From the IMG/VR virus record IMGVR_UViG_3300040946_000488: a DNA stretch of 64,000 bases. One strand, 5' to 3'. Shown here one piece after another: positions 1-10,672 of this stretch (positions are counted from its first letter, which is position 1; each line of letters begins with the position of its first letter). The position numbers and the translations under genes are program-made. Origin of the DNA: an uncultured virus (IMG/VR IMGVR_UViG_3300040946_000488). Its lineage: Duplodnaviria > Heunggongvirae > Uroviricota > Caudoviricetes. The notes beneath the pieces were generated by a model that worked only from the letters and a program-made list of their open reading frames with translations, was not told the DNA's origin and did not search any database.

Positions 1-125
1 GCACTGGCGAAGGAGCCCGCCCCGGAATCGCCCAAAGGGAAGCCTAGCCCCGAATTCACCCCGGACCCCGTGACGTCTACGGCCCCGGTTCGTTTCACCG
101 TTCTGCGCGGTGGGAAGGATGTAGA

Positions 126-998
126 GTGATGCCCAAGTCGATGCAAGCAACTTCCAGGAAGCACCTGCCGAAAACAACAATTGTGAAACAGCTTCAGCTC
201 CCCGCAACCCCCGAGGCTTCTCAGTCTATACCGGACAGACCAGCAGGGTCGGTCACGATTCTTTCTCCCGCAGACACGCTGGACACGCTCCGAGCGCAAA
301 CGGGTAGATTTACTGTCACCATGCTGGATCCTTGGTACAACCGAGGAGTCGGCGGCATTGTTGACGGCTACGAAGAATGGCTCGGAATACTTCTTGCGGA
401 AGCTGGACGCATCTCAGATCACGTTTTCTTGTGGGGATTCCCGGAGATCGTGTGCTGTGCTCTGCGTCGCTTGCCACCAAACATGAAGCTGACGGCATGG
501 TTGACGTGGTACTTCAAGAATTGTCCTTCGGTGATCCGAGGTTGGCGTTCGGCGCAGATGGCATGCCTGCATTTCTCCACCCCAGGCGCCAAGATATACC
601 CCGAACATTTCTTGAACGAAGCTCAGCTAGAAAAACAGGCACAGGGGAAGCTGCGCTATATGCCGGGGCCAGCAACGGTCATCGAATCATCGCTCATCAT
701 TGGTTTCGTGGGCAGGAAGGAGCAGGTGGGACATCCTGCTCAGAAGCCGGAAGCGGTCTACGAACCTCTATTTCGCATGACCACGAAACCAGGAGATACG
801 GTTCTAGATCCGATGTGCGGCTCGGGGACCACGGGGGCCGTGGCTCTAAGCCGTGGACTCCACGCGGTTCTGTGCGACAGCTCCGAGGAATACGTGAAAA
901 TGACCGAAAAGCGCCTCGGCATCAAACATCATCGCCAAAGTAGCGTTTCAGAAAAGCATAGACTTGCTGCTTCACTTTCCTCGGAGCAGCTTGGATGA
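126..998 (+). CDS. DNA N6-adenine/N4-cytosine methyltransferase (beta class)
   Basis: Motif IV-like LDPWY, HPAQKP, motif I VLDPMCGSGTTG in beta order. Confidence 0.85.
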   Translation: MMPKSMQATSRKHLPKTTIVKQLQLPATPEASQSIPDRPAGSVTILSPADTLDTLRAQTGRFTVTMLDPWYNRGVGGIVDGYEEWLGILLAEAGRISDHVFLWGFPEIVCCALRRLPPNMKLTAWLTWYFKNCPSVIRGWRSAQMACLHFSTPGAKIYPEHFLNEAQLEKQAQGKLRYMPGPATVIESSLIIGFVGRKEQVGHPAQKPEAVYEPLFRMTTKPGDTVLDPMCGSGTTGAVALSRGLHAVLCDSSEEYVKMTEKRLGIKHHRQSSVSEKHRLAASLSSEQLG

Positions 999-1108
999 TC
1001 GCCATGACGTTGATTTTCCCAGTTGTGTCGTCCCAGTAGTTCTTTTTCATCACTTGGTGAGGTGGAGATTGCCATGCGGAGGGTATCTCGTCGTGAGATC
1101 GATGGCGA

Positions 1109-1390
1109 ATGGGATCCGAACTATTATTGAGCCTTTCGCGGGAGATGCCGGTTCATGCACGCCCTCAAGTTTACAGGAGATGGGAAATGCGAAAGATACT
1201 TGTCCGCCGATTGGCGGCTGCCCTGTGGGATGAATTCGAGCTTTCCACGGAGGGTCCTGGCAGGGGATTCGAGCAATTGGGCATTCCCACGCAGAATGCG
1301 TGGCTCCGCATAGCTCGTCGTGCTGTCGCTGAAATTCGCAAGTTTGAGAGGATTCGACGATCTTCGGATCGGCCGGCCAGAAAAAAGTGA
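1109..1390 (+). CDS. hypothetical protein
   Basis: ORF coupled (GTGA) to next gene. Confidence 0.45.
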   Translation: MGSELLLSLSREMPVHARPQVYRRWEMRKILVRRLAAALWDEFELSTEGPGRGFEQLGIPTQNAWLRIARRAVAEIRKFERIRRSSDRPARKK

Positions 1391-2052
1391 GGCATCGTGA
1401 TTTCAGCGAAGGAAGGAAGGAATCCTGCATGAGGTTCGGGAAAGAGAAGGAGCTCATATATCTGCTTGGCTGCGCACAGAGAACCAAGGAGACGTGGAAG
1501 AAAGAGCAAGAGAAGCTGGATCGGCAGGCATCCCTGGCCAAGATCGCGGCCGACCATGGACGCAATGTCCTGTACAGCCTCCAGATCGAGATCTTGCGGC
1601 TCTCGGGCATCATGTCCGCCAGGGGGAAATGGGAGCTGCGCTCCGGCAGGCCGGGAGCGGGGCATCGCGACGAGTATGTCCTGATGGCTCCCGACGAGGG
1701 GACGAAAGGCATCCTGTGCGAACTCAGATCCCTGGGGCTGCCATCGGGTCCCTCGCTGGTTGCCCAGTCTCCCGGCAAGTTCTTGAGGATTCCGGGCTCG
1801 GATCACGTAGTGATCGACCTGTTTCCCTGGGGAGCCAACTTGCGAATAGACGAGGGGATCTTGTCGGTGTCGATGCCGGGAGACAACCTGGCCGATTTCG
1901 TGGAGAAGTGGGGTCTCAAGATCAGCAAGAAACTAGACCTTGACACGGCGGGAAATGAGCGGCAGGAAAGCGACATCCTGAGGCATACCCTGGCCAGGCG
2001 CAAGGCGCTTGCCCGGCTCCACGATGAAATCTTCCGCCGTTCTAGGTCCTAA
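1387..2052 (+). CDS. hypothetical protein
   Basis: 221-aa ORF, high GC3. Confidence 0.65.
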   Translation: MRHRDFSEGRKESCMRFGKEKELIYLLGCAQRTKETWKKEQEKLDRQASLAKIAADHGRNVLYSLQIEILRLSGIMSARGKWELRSGRPGAGHRDEYVLMAPDEGTKGILCELRSLGLPSGPSLVAQSPGKFLRIPGSDHVVIDLFPWGANLRIDEGILSVSMPGDNLADFVEKWGLKISKKLDLDTAGNERQESDILRHTLARRKALARLHDEIFRRSRS

Positions 2053-2061
2053 AAATACAAC

Positions 2062-2090
2062 TTGACACTTTGTTCGAGTCGCTAGATAAT
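2062..2090 (+). promoter_or_regulatory. sigma70-type promoter with conserved spacer motif
   Basis: TTGACA-17 bp (ctttgttc...)-GATAAT, 11 bp before ATG 2102. Confidence 0.8.
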
Positions 2091-2101
2091 GTATTTCGAT
2101 C

Positions 2102-2881
2102 ATGGAAACTTCGTCTGATCTGAAGACTTTTCAAGGTCATGTAATCGTGGCCACCCATGATGAATGGGGTTTTGTGTGCCGTCCTGATCGGGCGATTGCC
2201 TCCCAGGGGAAGTCGTTCAAGTGTCAGTGTTGCAAGGAAAACAAGATGCTGGGGGTGATCCCGGCCGATCTCTTCAATCAAGCCACGGTGACGATAGATC
2301 TGTGCGAAGCGTGCCTGCGCCGGATAGCGGACGACGTCAAGAGAGCTTCCAGCAGGAATGTTTCAAGCATCTCGTCGGAGGAGTTGGCTAAATCCCTCCC
2401 CTGGCGGTTGGGCCTGACTTCCGTGGTGGATGCCGGGGCGATCCCCATGGTAAGGCTGCATCCAACCCTGATTCCCTTCGCGAGCGATACGGCGAGGCGC
2501 CTGGTGCTCGAAGCCCCTGTCCTCCTCATGATGATCCGGAAGCTGATCTCAAGGGACTGTGGGCCGGAAGATCGCATGAGGGCTGCAGTATTGCTCGGGG
2601 CAGTGTCCGGCCTCGATTATCCCTCGGATGGATCCATGGAGGAATGGAAGCTCGACGACGCTGCCGATCGCGAGGGAGAACGTATCGTGGACATCCATGG
2701 CCATGACGTGGTCATGCTGGCCCCTCCTGATCCGGGATCATATTCCTCGTTCGCCAGCCCCCAGGTCAGGCGCCTGGTGCTGGCGGCACCCCGGATGCAG
2801 TCGGCGTTGAGGAGGCTGCTGTTCGAGGCGGGGAGATCGTCGGCGGCCGAAGCCCTGATCTCCGAGCTGGAATCGCCATGA
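2102..2881 (+). CDS. hypothetical protein with CxxC motifs and internal repeat
   Basis: CQCC/CEAC; RRLVLEAP...RKLI and RRLVLAAP...RRLL. Confidence 0.7.
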   Translation: METSSDLKTFQGHVIVATHDEWGFVCRPDRAIASQGKSFKCQCCKENKMLGVIPADLFNQATVTIDLCEACLRRIADDVKRASSRNVSSISSEELAKSLPWRLGLTSVVDAGAIPMVRLHPTLIPFASDTARRLVLEAPVLLMMIRKLISRDCGPEDRMRAAVLLGAVSGLDYPSDGSMEEWKLDDAADREGERIVDIHGHDVVMLAPPDPGSYSSFASPQVRRLVLAAPRMQSALRRLLFEAGRSSAAEALISELESP

Positions 2882-3390
2882 CGAGGCGTCCGTCTCCCAG
2901 TGCGACGCTGGTGCGCACCGACGATGAGATAATCTCGCGGGCCAGGCAAATCGTGGCTGGCGAGGGATATTTTTTTGAGATTGGCCTGGGGGCTGTCAGT
3001 GAACTCCTCAGCCGGCTCTGTCCGGGGACTGTCGATGTCGGCTTGACGGACTTCGATGCCTGGCGGGAGGGGAAGGGGAGGGACAGGAAAACCGTGCTGT
3101 CCGAGATGCGAGAACACATGGATTTCGCCATCTCGAAGGCGATCTCACACCGGGGACTGTCCGCCTCGGACTCCATCGACTATTACGATTCGTGGGTATG
3201 GCTCCTGGGGGACGAGGACTACGGGGCCATCGACTGGAAGAAGTACCGGAACTACGGCTGCCCGATCTTGTTCCAGATCTGCAAGAAATATGGGTTCCCT
3301 CCGATCAGGAAGCGGGCATTCCAGCGCATGGCCAGGGGGCTGTGCTGCGTCCCCGATTGCGATGCCGGCTGCGGAGGGAAAAAGGGATGA
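2878..3390 (+). CDS. hypothetical phage protein, Cys-rich C-terminus
   Basis: ATGA overlap; NYGCPILFQIC...CCVPDCDAGC. Confidence 0.7.
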   Translation: MTRRPSPSATLVRTDDEIISRARQIVAGEGYFFEIGLGAVSELLSRLCPGTVDVGLTDFDAWREGKGRDRKTVLSEMREHMDFAISKAISHRGLSASDSIDYYDSWVWLLGDEDYGAIDWKKYRNYGCPILFQICKKYGFPPIRKRAFQRMARGLCCVPDCDAGCGGKKG

Positions 3391-3418
3391 GACCAGTAAC
3401 CAGGAAAGGCAAGCCGAC

Positions 3419-4072
3419 ATGACCACCGTGACGACTGTAACCAATCCACAGATCATCCAAGACGTTCTGACGAGTCTGGACAATCTACTAGCACCCGGGG
3501 ATAGACGAGGTGGTCCTGGACTGGCTAACTTCATCATGAACTACCCAAACTTGTCGAAAATCCGCCGGGTTATCGGAGGCGACGATGCAGAGATCAACGA
3601 GCTTCTTCTGGAGAAAGAGCAGCGAACCTCCATCTGGCATAACGAAAATCAAGCTCGCCACCGCGAGGTATGGAAGGCCAAGCTCAAGTATGACAAGGAA
3701 AAGGGCAAGCTGACCGTGGTTGAGAAGCAGGTTTATGATCTGTTGAAGTCCGGTGGGCACTGGCGCATGCAAGACATTGTCGCCAAATTCATTTCCATAT
3801 CGAGCAAGGCACTTCCCGACATACTCTCTCAGATCGAAAACATCCTCTACGAGTTAGAATGCCGAGGACTCATCGTTCAGACCACGAACCGAATTAACAG
3901 AAAGCCAGAAGAGCCTTATCGGTTCAAGTGGTTTGTGGTCAGTAAGGACGAGCGGCGAATCTTCGCCGGCCTCAAGCCATCGGCTGCCTACATGAAGAAT
4001 ACCCCCAAACTGGAAGTCCGACACGTCAACGTCCGAGACGAGCTTGCCAAGTCGAAGATGCACGCAACCTGA
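3419..4072 (+). CDS. hypothetical protein, possible winged helix; lower GC
   Basis: AGGAAAGG RBS; ENILYELECRGLI helix-wing pattern. Confidence 0.6.
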   Translation: MTTVTTVTNPQIIQDVLTSLDNLLAPGDRRGGPGLANFIMNYPNLSKIRRVIGGDDAEINELLLEKEQRTSIWHNENQARHREVWKAKLKYDKEKGKLTVVEKQVYDLLKSGGHWRMQDIVAKFISISSKALPDILSQIENILYELECRGLIVQTTNRINRKPEEPYRFKWFVVSKDERRIFAGLKPSAAYMKNTPKLEVRHVNVRDELAKSKMHAT

Positions 4073-4199
4073 GACGAATCTTAGTGGTTATCAAACGGCC
4101 AGGAATGGAAAGAGAATTTGAGAGGAAAGAGCAAGTCATGAGAGAGCTTGGGGAACGGGATCGTGAACTGGGCTGGCTCCTGCTGCTCCTAAGGCAATC

Positions 4200-5312
4200 A
4201 TGATGGACATCAAGGCCATCAAGGGAGAGGACATCCTGGCGGCCACCGAGCCAGAGCAGATCTTTGGGCAGCTGGAGGTCGGGAACATCCATGCTCCCGA
4301 AGCCTTGTCGAATGCTTTCCGCGCCCTGGCCCGTGTCTTCCATCCCGACAGGACGACCAATCCGTCCAGGGCTGCCAGGCTCAAGGCCGTCATGCAGGCA
4401 TTGCTGGCGCTGCGAGATCGCGCGGAGGCGAAGCTGGCCGCTGGCACCTACGGCCAGGCATCATCCATATCCATCTCGGCCACCAACCTCTACACGGATG
4501 TCTTCTTCTGGAGGCCTGGCGACATCTGCGACGTGTACGCGGGGACGTATCTCCACGTGCCCAAGGTGGGCCGCAATGATCCTCCCGGGAAGATCTCGCG
4601 GCATGCCGTGATCAAGATTGCCCGTGCGCCCGGCGATGCGGATCTGCTCCGCAACGAGATGGCGATCCTCAAGGATCTGTTCGCCACCAAGGGCGACGAG
4701 CACGATCACTTCAAGCGGTACCTGCCCGAGCCCCTGGAGTCCACTTCGGTCAAGATCGGATCCACCGTCCGGCCGGCCAACGTCCTGTCGCAGTCCCATG
4801 AATCTGTGTCTCTCGCCGAGGTGAGGGCCGCTTATCCCGTGGGCCTCGACGCGGCGGACATGGCCTGGATGTGGCGCCGGGCCCTGGAGATCTTGTCCTG
4901 GGTCCACAGCAGGGGGTACGTCCACGGGGCCATCCTGCCTCCTCACATCCTCGTCCACCCGGCCAGCCACGGGGCGACCCTCGTCGACTGGTGCTACTCC
5001 ACCAAGATCGGGAGCCCCATCAAGGCACTCTCGGTACCCAATGAGAGTTACTATCCTCCCGAGGTGATCGCCAGGCAGCCCGCCACCCCGGCCACCGATC
5101 TATTCATGCTGGCAGCGAGCATGCGCTTATTGTTGGGCAAGCATAAGATCTCCAGCCGTATCGCCGGCATCCTGGACGCCTGCCTCATCCCCCGCCAGCA
5201 GGCTCGCTTCAGCGATGCCTGGGAAGTCTACAGGCTGCTCGACAAGGCGTTGCTGGCGACATACGGGCCGCCCAGGTTTCGTCCGTTCGCCATGCCCCAG
5301 GAGACGACATGA
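4200..5312 (+). CDS. J-domain / protein-kinase-like fusion (probable pseudokinase)
   Basis: FRALARVFHPD J motif; VIKIAR, RNE, VHGAILPPHILV, LVDWCYS kinase subdomains. Confidence 0.85.
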   Translation: MMDIKAIKGEDILAATEPEQIFGQLEVGNIHAPEALSNAFRALARVFHPDRTTNPSRAARLKAVMQALLALRDRAEAKLAAGTYGQASSISISATNLYTDVFFWRPGDICDVYAGTYLHVPKVGRNDPPGKISRHAVIKIARAPGDADLLRNEMAILKDLFATKGDEHDHFKRYLPEPLESTSVKIGSTVRPANVLSQSHESVSLAEVRAAYPVGLDAADMAWMWRRALEILSWVHSRGYVHGAILPPHILVHPASHGATLVDWCYSTKIGSPIKALSVPNESYYPPEVIARQPATPATDLFMLAASMRLLLGKHKISSRIAGILDACLIPRQQARFSDAWEVYRLLDKALLATYGPPRFRPFAMPQETT

Positions 5313-5647
5313 AGATCACGAAGGACAGCCTGCCCAACGATTGCACCGGACTCGTCACGGGGGGCCATTACATTTGCAAGTCATGCCTCATGGAAGGAGA
5401 GATCCTGGAAGGCATCCCCGTCCCCACCCCACAGTTTGAGGGATGCGTCAGGTGCCAGCACAAGAATTTCCTCCGGTACCGGGAGACATTCCGGGCGAGA
5501 CTTGCCATAGACGTCAAGGATTTCATCCAAGGCAATCGGGACGAACTATCGCTCCATGATCCTGCCACCAAGTTCAAGGCGATCTTGGAGATCTTGATCG
5601 ATCGCGTGGCGGACCTGGAATTCGTTTCTTTGAACTCACGGCCATGA
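5309..5647 (+). CDS. hypothetical Zn-ribbon protein
   Basis: CKSC...CVRC; ATGA overlaps. Confidence 0.65.
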   Translation: MKITKDSLPNDCTGLVTGGHYICKSCLMEGEILEGIPVPTPQFEGCVRCQHKNFLRYRETFRARLAIDVKDFIQGNRDELSLHDPATKFKAILEILIDRVADLEFVSLNSRP

Positions 5648-5828
5648 GAGTCATCCTCGCCAGCGAAGATATGCCCCAAGGCGAATGCCTGATCGCGGGC
5701 TCCCTGACGCAAGCCCAGGCCGAGATCATGGCGGCCTGGCTCAACGAAGACATCCATCTCCGTCCCGATCAAATCCATGTAGTGGTCCCCGAGGGCCACG
5801 AGGCGAAAGCCAAGGCGATCGACTCCCC

Positions 5829-6209
5829 ATGAAGCATCCTCCCAAGATACTCACCGTTCAGGTGACCTGTCATGTGGGGCCGGATGGATCGTATCATCCG
5901 ACCAGGCTGAGCGCCCTTGAGCAACATGCGATGGACTTGTTGATCAGGCGCAGGTTTGCCAGGGGCAAGCTGCCGGGTTGGCTCGAATTCGAGCATCTCC
6001 ACCGCGTGGCATGCAAGATTTCGCGTGTCTGGGAACGATTCTACGAACGGGTGGAACGCCGCGAGTTGCAGTCGTGCCTGGGGTGCCACGATTGGTTCGA
6101 GCCCAGCCACCTGTTCCGGAATCTCGGGGGCAGGTACTGTGCCTCGTGTTTAGTCAACTCAGGGGGAGCATCACGTGCTCCAGGTTGTCCCACGGGAGGG
6201 AATCCATGA
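5829..6209 (+). CDS. hypothetical protein with C-terminal Zn finger
   Basis: CLGC...YCASC; ATGA coupling. Confidence 0.55.
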   Translation: MKHPPKILTVQVTCHVGPDGSYHPTRLSALEQHAMDLLIRRRFARGKLPGWLEFEHLHRVACKISRVWERFYERVERRELQSCLGCHDWFEPSHLFRNLGGRYCASCLVNSGGASRAPGCPTGGNP

Positions 6210-6418
6210 GAATCAAGGACAATCCCCTGCCTCTCCTGGCAGTCACCTTCATCCTGATCTGGCTATTCGCGTTCATGACGGGCATTGAGATCGAGAAACG
6301 CAACCAACGGTCGCGGGTGGTGAGGTCCGTTAGGGACACCATGCATATCGCTGGGGATGCCGATGATTGTTCCGACGTAATCGATGTCCTGGTCCGGGCA
6401 TGCGGGAGGAAACCATGA
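6206..6418 (+). CDS. small membrane protein
   Basis: N-terminal hydrophobic helix LPLLAVTFILIWLFAF. Confidence 0.55.
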   Translation: MRIKDNPLPLLAVTFILIWLFAFMTGIEIEKRNQRSRVVRSVRDTMHIAGDADDCSDVIDVLVRACGRKP

Positions 6419-6542
6419 AAATCAGCAACAGTGGCGTCCTGAGGATGAATGCATTGTCTCTCGTCTTTTCCATATCCTCCATCGTGATCTCCCTCCTCGC
6501 CATCTTGATCACCTTCCTGTCCATGCCTTGCGGGAGATCGCC

Positions 6543-6947
6543 ATGAAGAATCACATCATCTTCGAGGTATCCATCGGGATCGCTGCCGTGGCGATCGGTT
6601 GGCTCCTGGGCCACGTGGCTGGCCAGGCCTTGCGCCCGAGGGTGGGCACCTGGCCTGACCATCCTGTCAGCGTCCCGGCAGCGGCGACGGTCTCGGCGCC
6701 AGACGCAGCCGTCTTGCCCGATCGATACCCTCGGGCATTCATGGTCCAGGACCGTGCCGGCCACATATCGTCGAGCAAGGTCTGGAAGTTCGAGGACGAC
6801 TGGTTCGCCGACGGGGGCAAGCTGGGCTGCCGCAGGTTCTCCACCGACGGTGCCACGCTCGAATTCTGCCTGGATCCGTACCACACGGGATCGGGCTGCA
6901 CGGTTCCGCAAGATCGGCCGATCTATCATACACATGGAGATCGCTGA
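6543..6947 (+). CDS. membrane-anchored hypothetical protein
   Basis: N-terminal TM segment; GGGAG RBS. Confidence 0.6.
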   Translation: MKNHIIFEVSIGIAAVAIGWLLGHVAGQALRPRVGTWPDHPVSVPAAATVSAPDAAVLPDRYPRAFMVQDRAGHISSSKVWKFEDDWFADGGKLGCRRFSTDGATLEFCLDPYHTGSGCTVPQDRPIYHTHGDR

Positions 6948-7450
6948 TGCGCTGGTTCTTCGACACCGAGTTCAACGATACCGGCCGCGAGATCCAGTTG
7001 ATCTCGATTGGCATGATCAGCGACGACGGACGGAAGTCCTATTCGGCTTGCCTGTCGGACGGATGGTGCCCGACCGCCTGCGATGCCTGGATGAAGAAGA
7101 ACGTCCTGCCGCACCTGCCGCCACGGGAAGATCGCAAGCCACGAGGGCGGGTCGCCCAGGAGATCTTGCTTTTGGTCGGCCCGGATCCTGAGTTCTGGGC
7201 CTACCACAGTTCTTATGATTGGGTGGCGCTCTGCCAGCTCGTCACCCTCAACGGCCGGATGCTAGACCTGCCCAAGGGCTGGCCGCGCTACTGCTGCGAT
7301 CTGAAGGTGCTCATGCACCTGATGGGCGTCAACAAAAAGATCTTGGGGCTCGATCAGGAGAAAGCGACCAAGCACGATGCCCTGGCGGACGCAAAGTGGA
7401 ATCGTAAGGCCTGGATCAGTTTGCAGTTGCTATCATATCCCGCAAGGTGA
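6947..7450 (+). CDS. DEDDh 3'-5' exoribonuclease (Rv2179c/RNase AS-like)
   Basis: FFDTEF, LISIGMI, YDWVALCQL, HDALADA. Confidence 0.85.
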   Translation: MRWFFDTEFNDTGREIQLISIGMISDDGRKSYSACLSDGWCPTACDAWMKKNVLPHLPPREDRKPRGRVAQEILLLVGPDPEFWAYHSSYDWVALCQLVTLNGRMLDLPKGWPRYCCDLKVLMHLMGVNKKILGLDQEKATKHDALADAKWNRKAWISLQLLSYPAR

Positions 7451-7476
7451 CAAGATGAGCGAAGGAGGAATCGAAC

Positions 7477-7773
7477 ATGGAGACATCGAAAGTTAGCATG
7501 AGGGTGATATCCGTGAAGAGCAGCTTCCAGCGGGGCAAACCGTACACGGAGGTGACATATGAAGCTGAGATGTCGTGGGTGGAGAGGGACAGCCGGTGGT
7601 TCCACGTCTCCGGCTTGACGGTGTCGTATGAAGGACAGCCGGTCCACAAGATTGGCGATCTCCACCTCAATCCCATAGTCGAAACGGCGAACCTGCTCGG
7701 CATAGAGCTACAGTCCCCGGACGGGCCGGAGAGCACCCCCAAGCCGGGAGCGTTTTACCCGACCCATTCTTGA
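7477..7773 (+). CDS. hypothetical protein
   Basis: AGGAGG RBS. Confidence 0.6.
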   Translation: METSKVSMRVISVKSSFQRGKPYTEVTYEAEMSWVERDSRWFHVSGLTVSYEGQPVHKIGDLHLNPIVETANLLGIELQSPDGPESTPKPGAFYPTHS

Positions 7774-7842
7774 TTCCCTCGCGCCCGGGAGATGGGGCCG
7801 ACGAGGCCCCGTCCGAGGCATTGTCGCAGAAGATAGTCGCCA

Positions 7843-8286
7843 ATGGATAAGTCGTTCAAGTTCAGGCTGGAGGACGTGGTCGCCGTCAAGGGCGACAGGT
7901 CGATGGAGGGCACGATCACGATCCGCATGAACGTGGCCTCGGGCAATCGTTATGAATTCCGGCTGGCCGATGGCTCTTGCGTGATCCGCGACGAGAGAGA
8001 TCTGGTACTGGCAGAGCACCGGCCATCCTGGCTGAAGAAGGGAGCGAAGATACGCTGGCTGGGGGAGGGGCGCCACGACGTGTACGTGGTGACGAGGGTG
8101 AACAGGCGTTGGCGGGGCATGCCGGCGGGGATATCGCCCACTTTCAATGCCGAACGAGATCTGAAAGACAAGCTCGGGAATCCGGCGGGGAAGGAAGTGG
8201 TCAGTTCTTCCTGGAGCGCCAAGGACATCATGTACTGGGAGCGGTACCGGGAGCCCCGGCGAAAATCGAGGGCTGCCTCCACTTAG
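7843..8286 (+). CDS. hypothetical protein, tandem SH3/KOW-like barrels
   Basis: FRLEDVVAV..G.I and LKKGAKIRW patterns. Confidence 0.55.
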   Translation: MDKSFKFRLEDVVAVKGDRSMEGTITIRMNVASGNRYEFRLADGSCVIRDERDLVLAEHRPSWLKKGAKIRWLGEGRHDVYVVTRVNRRWRGMPAGISPTFNAERDLKDKLGNPAGKEVVSSSWSAKDIMYWERYREPRRKSRAAST

Positions 8287-8289
8287 TTC

Positions 8290-8319
8290 TTGACACTTTG
8301 TTCAGTCATGGCATAGGAT
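8290..8319 (+). promoter_or_regulatory. sigma70-type promoter with conserved spacer motif
   Basis: TTGACA ctttgttcag... 18 bp TAGGAT in intergenic gap. Confidence 0.7.
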
Positions 8320-8803
8320 GTCCTGGTCGCTTCATGATGGAGAACCAATGGCAGACAAGCTGAAACAGTCGTGGTCGCAAGAGATCCCAGGTCCTGTCGC
8401 TAACGCATTCATCGACTTCCTCAAGGAACTCCAGGCTTCCGTCGCGAGGCTGGGCGGCCGGCTGATCGACGTCAAGGAGATCGCCGCTAAGGCGCGACTG
8501 GCCGAGGCCCAGGCGGGACTGCGCGCGGCCAGGGTCAGGTCCTCGAAGGACGTGTCATAGGGATCGGCCATCCATCAGTCCAATCTCTGCCAGTCACGAG
8601 GAGAGAACATGCTGGATCGCAACGGGAAGCTGGAAATCTTCGATAACTTCGTGGTGGATCGCCGGTTGCCCAAGTTCAAGGCGGGCCGGAAGGAGCTTGG
8701 AACAGATGGCACGTCCTGGGTACGCCCTGGCACTGGGCAGGATGTTGAGGACGTTAGATCGCTTGACGGAAGCATCAGCGAATGATTACGAAGGAGGAAG
8801 ACG

Positions 8804-9361
8804 ATGAGGAAGACAAGTTACAGGTGGGCATGGGCCGAGGGCGCGAGGATGCGCAAGGGGTGCAATGCATCCGAGCTTGGCCCCGAGATCATGCGGTTGC
8901 TCAAGCTCTACAAGCAGAGGCTGACCGCCGACCAGTTGCTGGCGGAGGCCACCGGGACCTCCAGCCCCCTGCACGTCGCCTTCGGGTGGGACGACGCGGA
9001 GGCGGCCCACCAGTACCGATTGGTGGAGGCACGTCACCTGCTGAGATCCATCCAGTACGCCTTCGAGACCTCCGACGGCGAGATCAAGGAGCGCTCCACC
9101 ACCATCATCGCTCGGGTGCTCCGGGCCGGCAGCTACTACTATGCCACCGTCAAGCCCAGCGAGATCGTGAAGGAGCACAAGCTGGACTGCAAGCGGCTGG
9201 CCGAGCTGGCCATCAGGCAGCTGGAGGTCCTCCAGAAGAAGTGCCCCTCGTTCGGGAAGCTCGCCGTCGTGGGCGAGGCCATCCGCCAGTTGGGGGCCAA
9301 GATCAAGAAAGATTCTCGCGCAAAAGGCAAGCGAACAAAGAAGAAAGACAAGGAAGGGTAG
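8804..9361 (+). CDS. conserved phage hypothetical protein
   Basis: AGGAGG RBS; SPLHxxFxWDDxxAAxxYRLxxAR pattern seen in phage proteins. Confidence 0.7.
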   Translation: MRKTSYRWAWAEGARMRKGCNASELGPEIMRLLKLYKQRLTADQLLAEATGTSSPLHVAFGWDDAEAAHQYRLVEARHLLRSIQYAFETSDGEIKERSTTIIARVLRAGSYYYATVKPSEIVKEHKLDCKRLAELAIRQLEVLQKKCPSFGKLAVVGEAIRQLGAKIKKDSRAKGKRTKKKDKEG

Positions 9362-9556
9362 GATGCCTATGCCAGGACAGGACAAGAAGCCTCACGCAGA
9401 GTTCGACGCGGATCTCAGTCCCGACAACGAGAAAAATCGAAAGGCTGCCAAGGAACAGAGGCTTGTATTCGATCGTACCAAGGGCGTCTACCGCGATGCG
9501 GATGGGTGTCCCAGGCGCGACAGGTACGGCCAGCCCCTGGGCTGAGGGACGTCACC

Positions 9557-10207
9557 ATGCACGCCACGCCGTGGAAATACCTGGATGAGAAGGAACGGGC
9601 CTCCATCGAGGCGAAGAATCGTGCCGCGTTCCGCGAGGCATTCGACAAGATCTGCGAGGCGTTGGATCGGGCTGAGATCGCTTACCATAGGAAGGATTTT
9701 CCAAAAAAACTGATGGACGAGCGCCCATGGGTGTACGACTGCGGATGCCTGACCTCGGTGGCTGGCTACATGATGTTGGGGAACTTCAAGATCACGGTCC
9801 CCCAGGAGCATGGACATCCCGAATATGCCGGCAAGTGGCACATGAAGGCCGCCATCCGTGTCCAGATCGGGAATATCCTGAACGTCGTGAGATTCGTGGA
9901 GGGCAAGAAGGGACTCGATCACGATCTGATTGCCAAGGAGATCGTGGCGTGGGTGGCGAGGCAACGAGCAAGCGACGAGGCTCATCGTCATTCCTTGATC
10001 GAGTCTGTCCGGCGGGAGAAGATCGTCCAGGGCTTGAACGAAAAGTACGCCGTGAAGTCGACCTTCCCCGGCCTCTCCGACCGATGGGACAGTTCTCACC
10101 CGATGGCCAAGGTGGGGAGCGGCGAGTCGATCGAGGTCTGCCTGCCGGGCATGCCGATCGACAAGGCCGAGGCGATCTTGGACTTCGCCAGGAAGCTGGG
10201 GCTATGA
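9557..10207 (+). CDS. hypothetical protein
   Basis: GAGGG RBS, high GC3. Confidence 0.65.
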   Translation: MHATPWKYLDEKERASIEAKNRAAFREAFDKICEALDRAEIAYHRKDFPKKLMDERPWVYDCGCLTSVAGYMMLGNFKITVPQEHGHPEYAGKWHMKAAIRVQIGNILNVVRFVEGKKGLDHDLIAKEIVAWVARQRASDEAHRHSLIESVRREKIVQGLNEKYAVKSTFPGLSDRWDSSHPMAKVGSGESIEVCLPGMPIDKAEAILDFARKLGL

Positions 10208-10665
10208 TGAAGATGGACGAACGAGAGGAACGGATGAGGCGTATGAGGATGGCATTCTGGATCGCCTGGTTCGCCATCACGAACCGCTTCAGGAAGACCT
10301 ACGTCGCCAACGAGTGCGGTCATCGCACCAAGCGAGAAGGATCGACCGTCTCGTTTGGCGAGCGCTATGTCATCGCCATGCCCCTGGCCACGAACGGACA
10401 TCCTGACTGGTGCCTGGATTGCATCGGGGGCATGGCGATCAGGTGTGGTTGGTGTGGACGCCCGATCCACGTTGGCGAGATGGTCACCCCGTATCTTGCC
10501 AAGGATGGGATGCCAGGATACACGCGGTACCATGAAGATGTTGGTAATGATTGTCGCAAGTCGGTGGTTGGTTGCGAAAGGATTGATTGCGCTGACTCAG
10601 GCGGTGATTATTGCGGTCGGTGGTATCCTCCCGAGAGGGTAGCCCGTTTCGTCTTCCGTGCTTGA
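10204..10665 (+). CDS. Cys-rich hypothetical protein
   Basis: CGH, CLDC, CGWC motifs; ATGA overlap. Confidence 0.6.
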   Translation: MMKMDEREERMRRMRMAFWIAWFAITNRFRKTYVANECGHRTKREGSTVSFGERYVIAMPLATNGHPDWCLDCIGGMAIRCGWCGRPIHVGEMVTPYLAKDGMPGYTRYHEDVGNDCRKSVVGCERIDCADSGGDYCGRWYPPERVARFVFRA

Positions 10666-10672
10666 GGATCCC

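Noticed and set aside
999..1390. Restriction endonuclease partner for the first MTase
   Set aside because: Only short ORFs, with no PD-(D/E)xK or HNH motif
7791..7813. Intrinsic terminator
   Set aside because: GC hairpin without a U tract
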